Below are positions 63,264 through 64,000 of a stretch of DNA of 64,000 bases, piece by piece. The DNA is from Curvularia clavata. Lineage: Eukaryota. The stretch covers positions 186,001 to 250,000 of the forward strand of contig CP089276.1 of the NCBI GenBank assembly GCA_023920165.1. The letters are read 5' to 3'. Within the stretch, counting starts at the first letter, position 1; the number at the start of each line of letters is the position of its first letter. Below the pieces are notes generated by a model. It saw nothing but the letters and a program-made list of their open reading frames with translations. It had not been told where the DNA came from and ran no database searches. Position numbers and translations under genes: made by a program.

Positions 63264-64000
63264 ATGGGTCAGACGCTCTCCGAGCCCGTCGTTGACAAGG
63301 TAATTGCTCTCTCGCCCCCGCCCCCGCACCGTGTGCTTCTTTCACCCGTGGCGACGGTCGCCCGCCTTGAGACCAAAGGGCGCGCATCCCATGTTACATG
63401 AAACGGCAATGCTGAATTTTACCCTCTGCAGAAATCCGAGAATGGCGATGGCGAGTCACTCATCTACGGTGTCTCCTCCATGCAGGGCTGGCGCATCAGC
63501 ATGGAAGACGCACACGCCGCCGTACTAGACTTCAACGCCGAAGACACCAAGGGAACCCCTACCGACAAGCGACTGGCCTTCTTTGGCGTCTACGACGGAC
63601 ACGGCGGTGACAAGGTGGCTTTGTATGCTGGTGAGCAGTTGCACAAGATTGTTGCAAAGCAAGAGGCGTTCAAACAGGGAGACATCAAGAAAGCTCTGCA
63701 GGATGGCTTCCTGGCCACAGACCGCGAAATCCTGAGTGGTACGTTTACTCTCAGCACCGCTCTGATCATCGACAGCTCGCCTAATGATTACAAATAGACC
63801 CCAAGTATGAAGAAGAAGTCTCTGGCTGCACGGCATCAGTCGGTGTCGTAACAAAAGACAAAATCTACGTCGTACGTCCACTCCACATCCCATCACTTTA
63901 CGATGCTCACAAAAAAATTAGGCCAACGCAGGTGATTCGCGCACTGTCCTAGGAGTCAAGGGGAGGGCAAAGCCCCTCTCATTTGACCACAAGCCCCAGA
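63264..64000 (+). CDS. PTC2: Protein phosphatase 2C (Ptc2/Ptc3-like), 5' part, runs off the window
   Basis: MGQTLSEPVVDK (myristoylation-type start), SMQGWRISMEDAH, FFGVYDGHGGDKVA, SGCTA, ANAGDSR, LSFDHKP. Three introns visible. Confidence 0.95.

Noticed and set aside
1..64000. tRNA/rRNA genes, transposase, reverse transcriptase or tyrosine-recombinase ORFs
   Set aside because: None was recognised by eye. Decayed remnants cannot be excluded without tRNAscan-SE, Infernal and RepeatMasker.

Overview
Eukaryotic, intron-containing DNA from a filamentous ascomycete. Gene style suggests a Dothideomycete/Pleosporales fungus, which is an inference. About 23 protein-coding genes are supported. Most are housekeeping: VFA1-like, TatD, complex I PSST/NDUFS7, TRAPPC2L-like, AFG1-like ATPase, ornithine carbamoyltransferase, a Tag1-like membrane protein, an SREBP-type bHLH, RUS1/DUF647, an RGS protein, SOG2, COX18, ALG11, a FolC-family ligase, a PTH11-like protein, a BBE-like oxidase, an Alba-like protein, acyl-CoA oxidase and a PP2C. 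The unusual part is a gene-poor block at about 27.3-34.1 kb. It holds two divergent, convergently oriented DUF3669 kinase-like genes, one intact and one a pseudogene with transition-type nonsense changes. Each is preceded, in the same orientation relative to its gene, by a homologous non-coding array of roughly 62-68 bp units with a palindromic core (CTACTTT-NN-AAAGTAG). A separate 36-bp direct repeat and an adjacent 25-bp inverted repeat bracket the inner 5.1 kb. This 'repeat array + DUF3669 kinase-like gene' module is the best candidate for an undescribed system. Family names come from motif recognition, not database searches. CDS coordinates are gene spans including introns read by eye.
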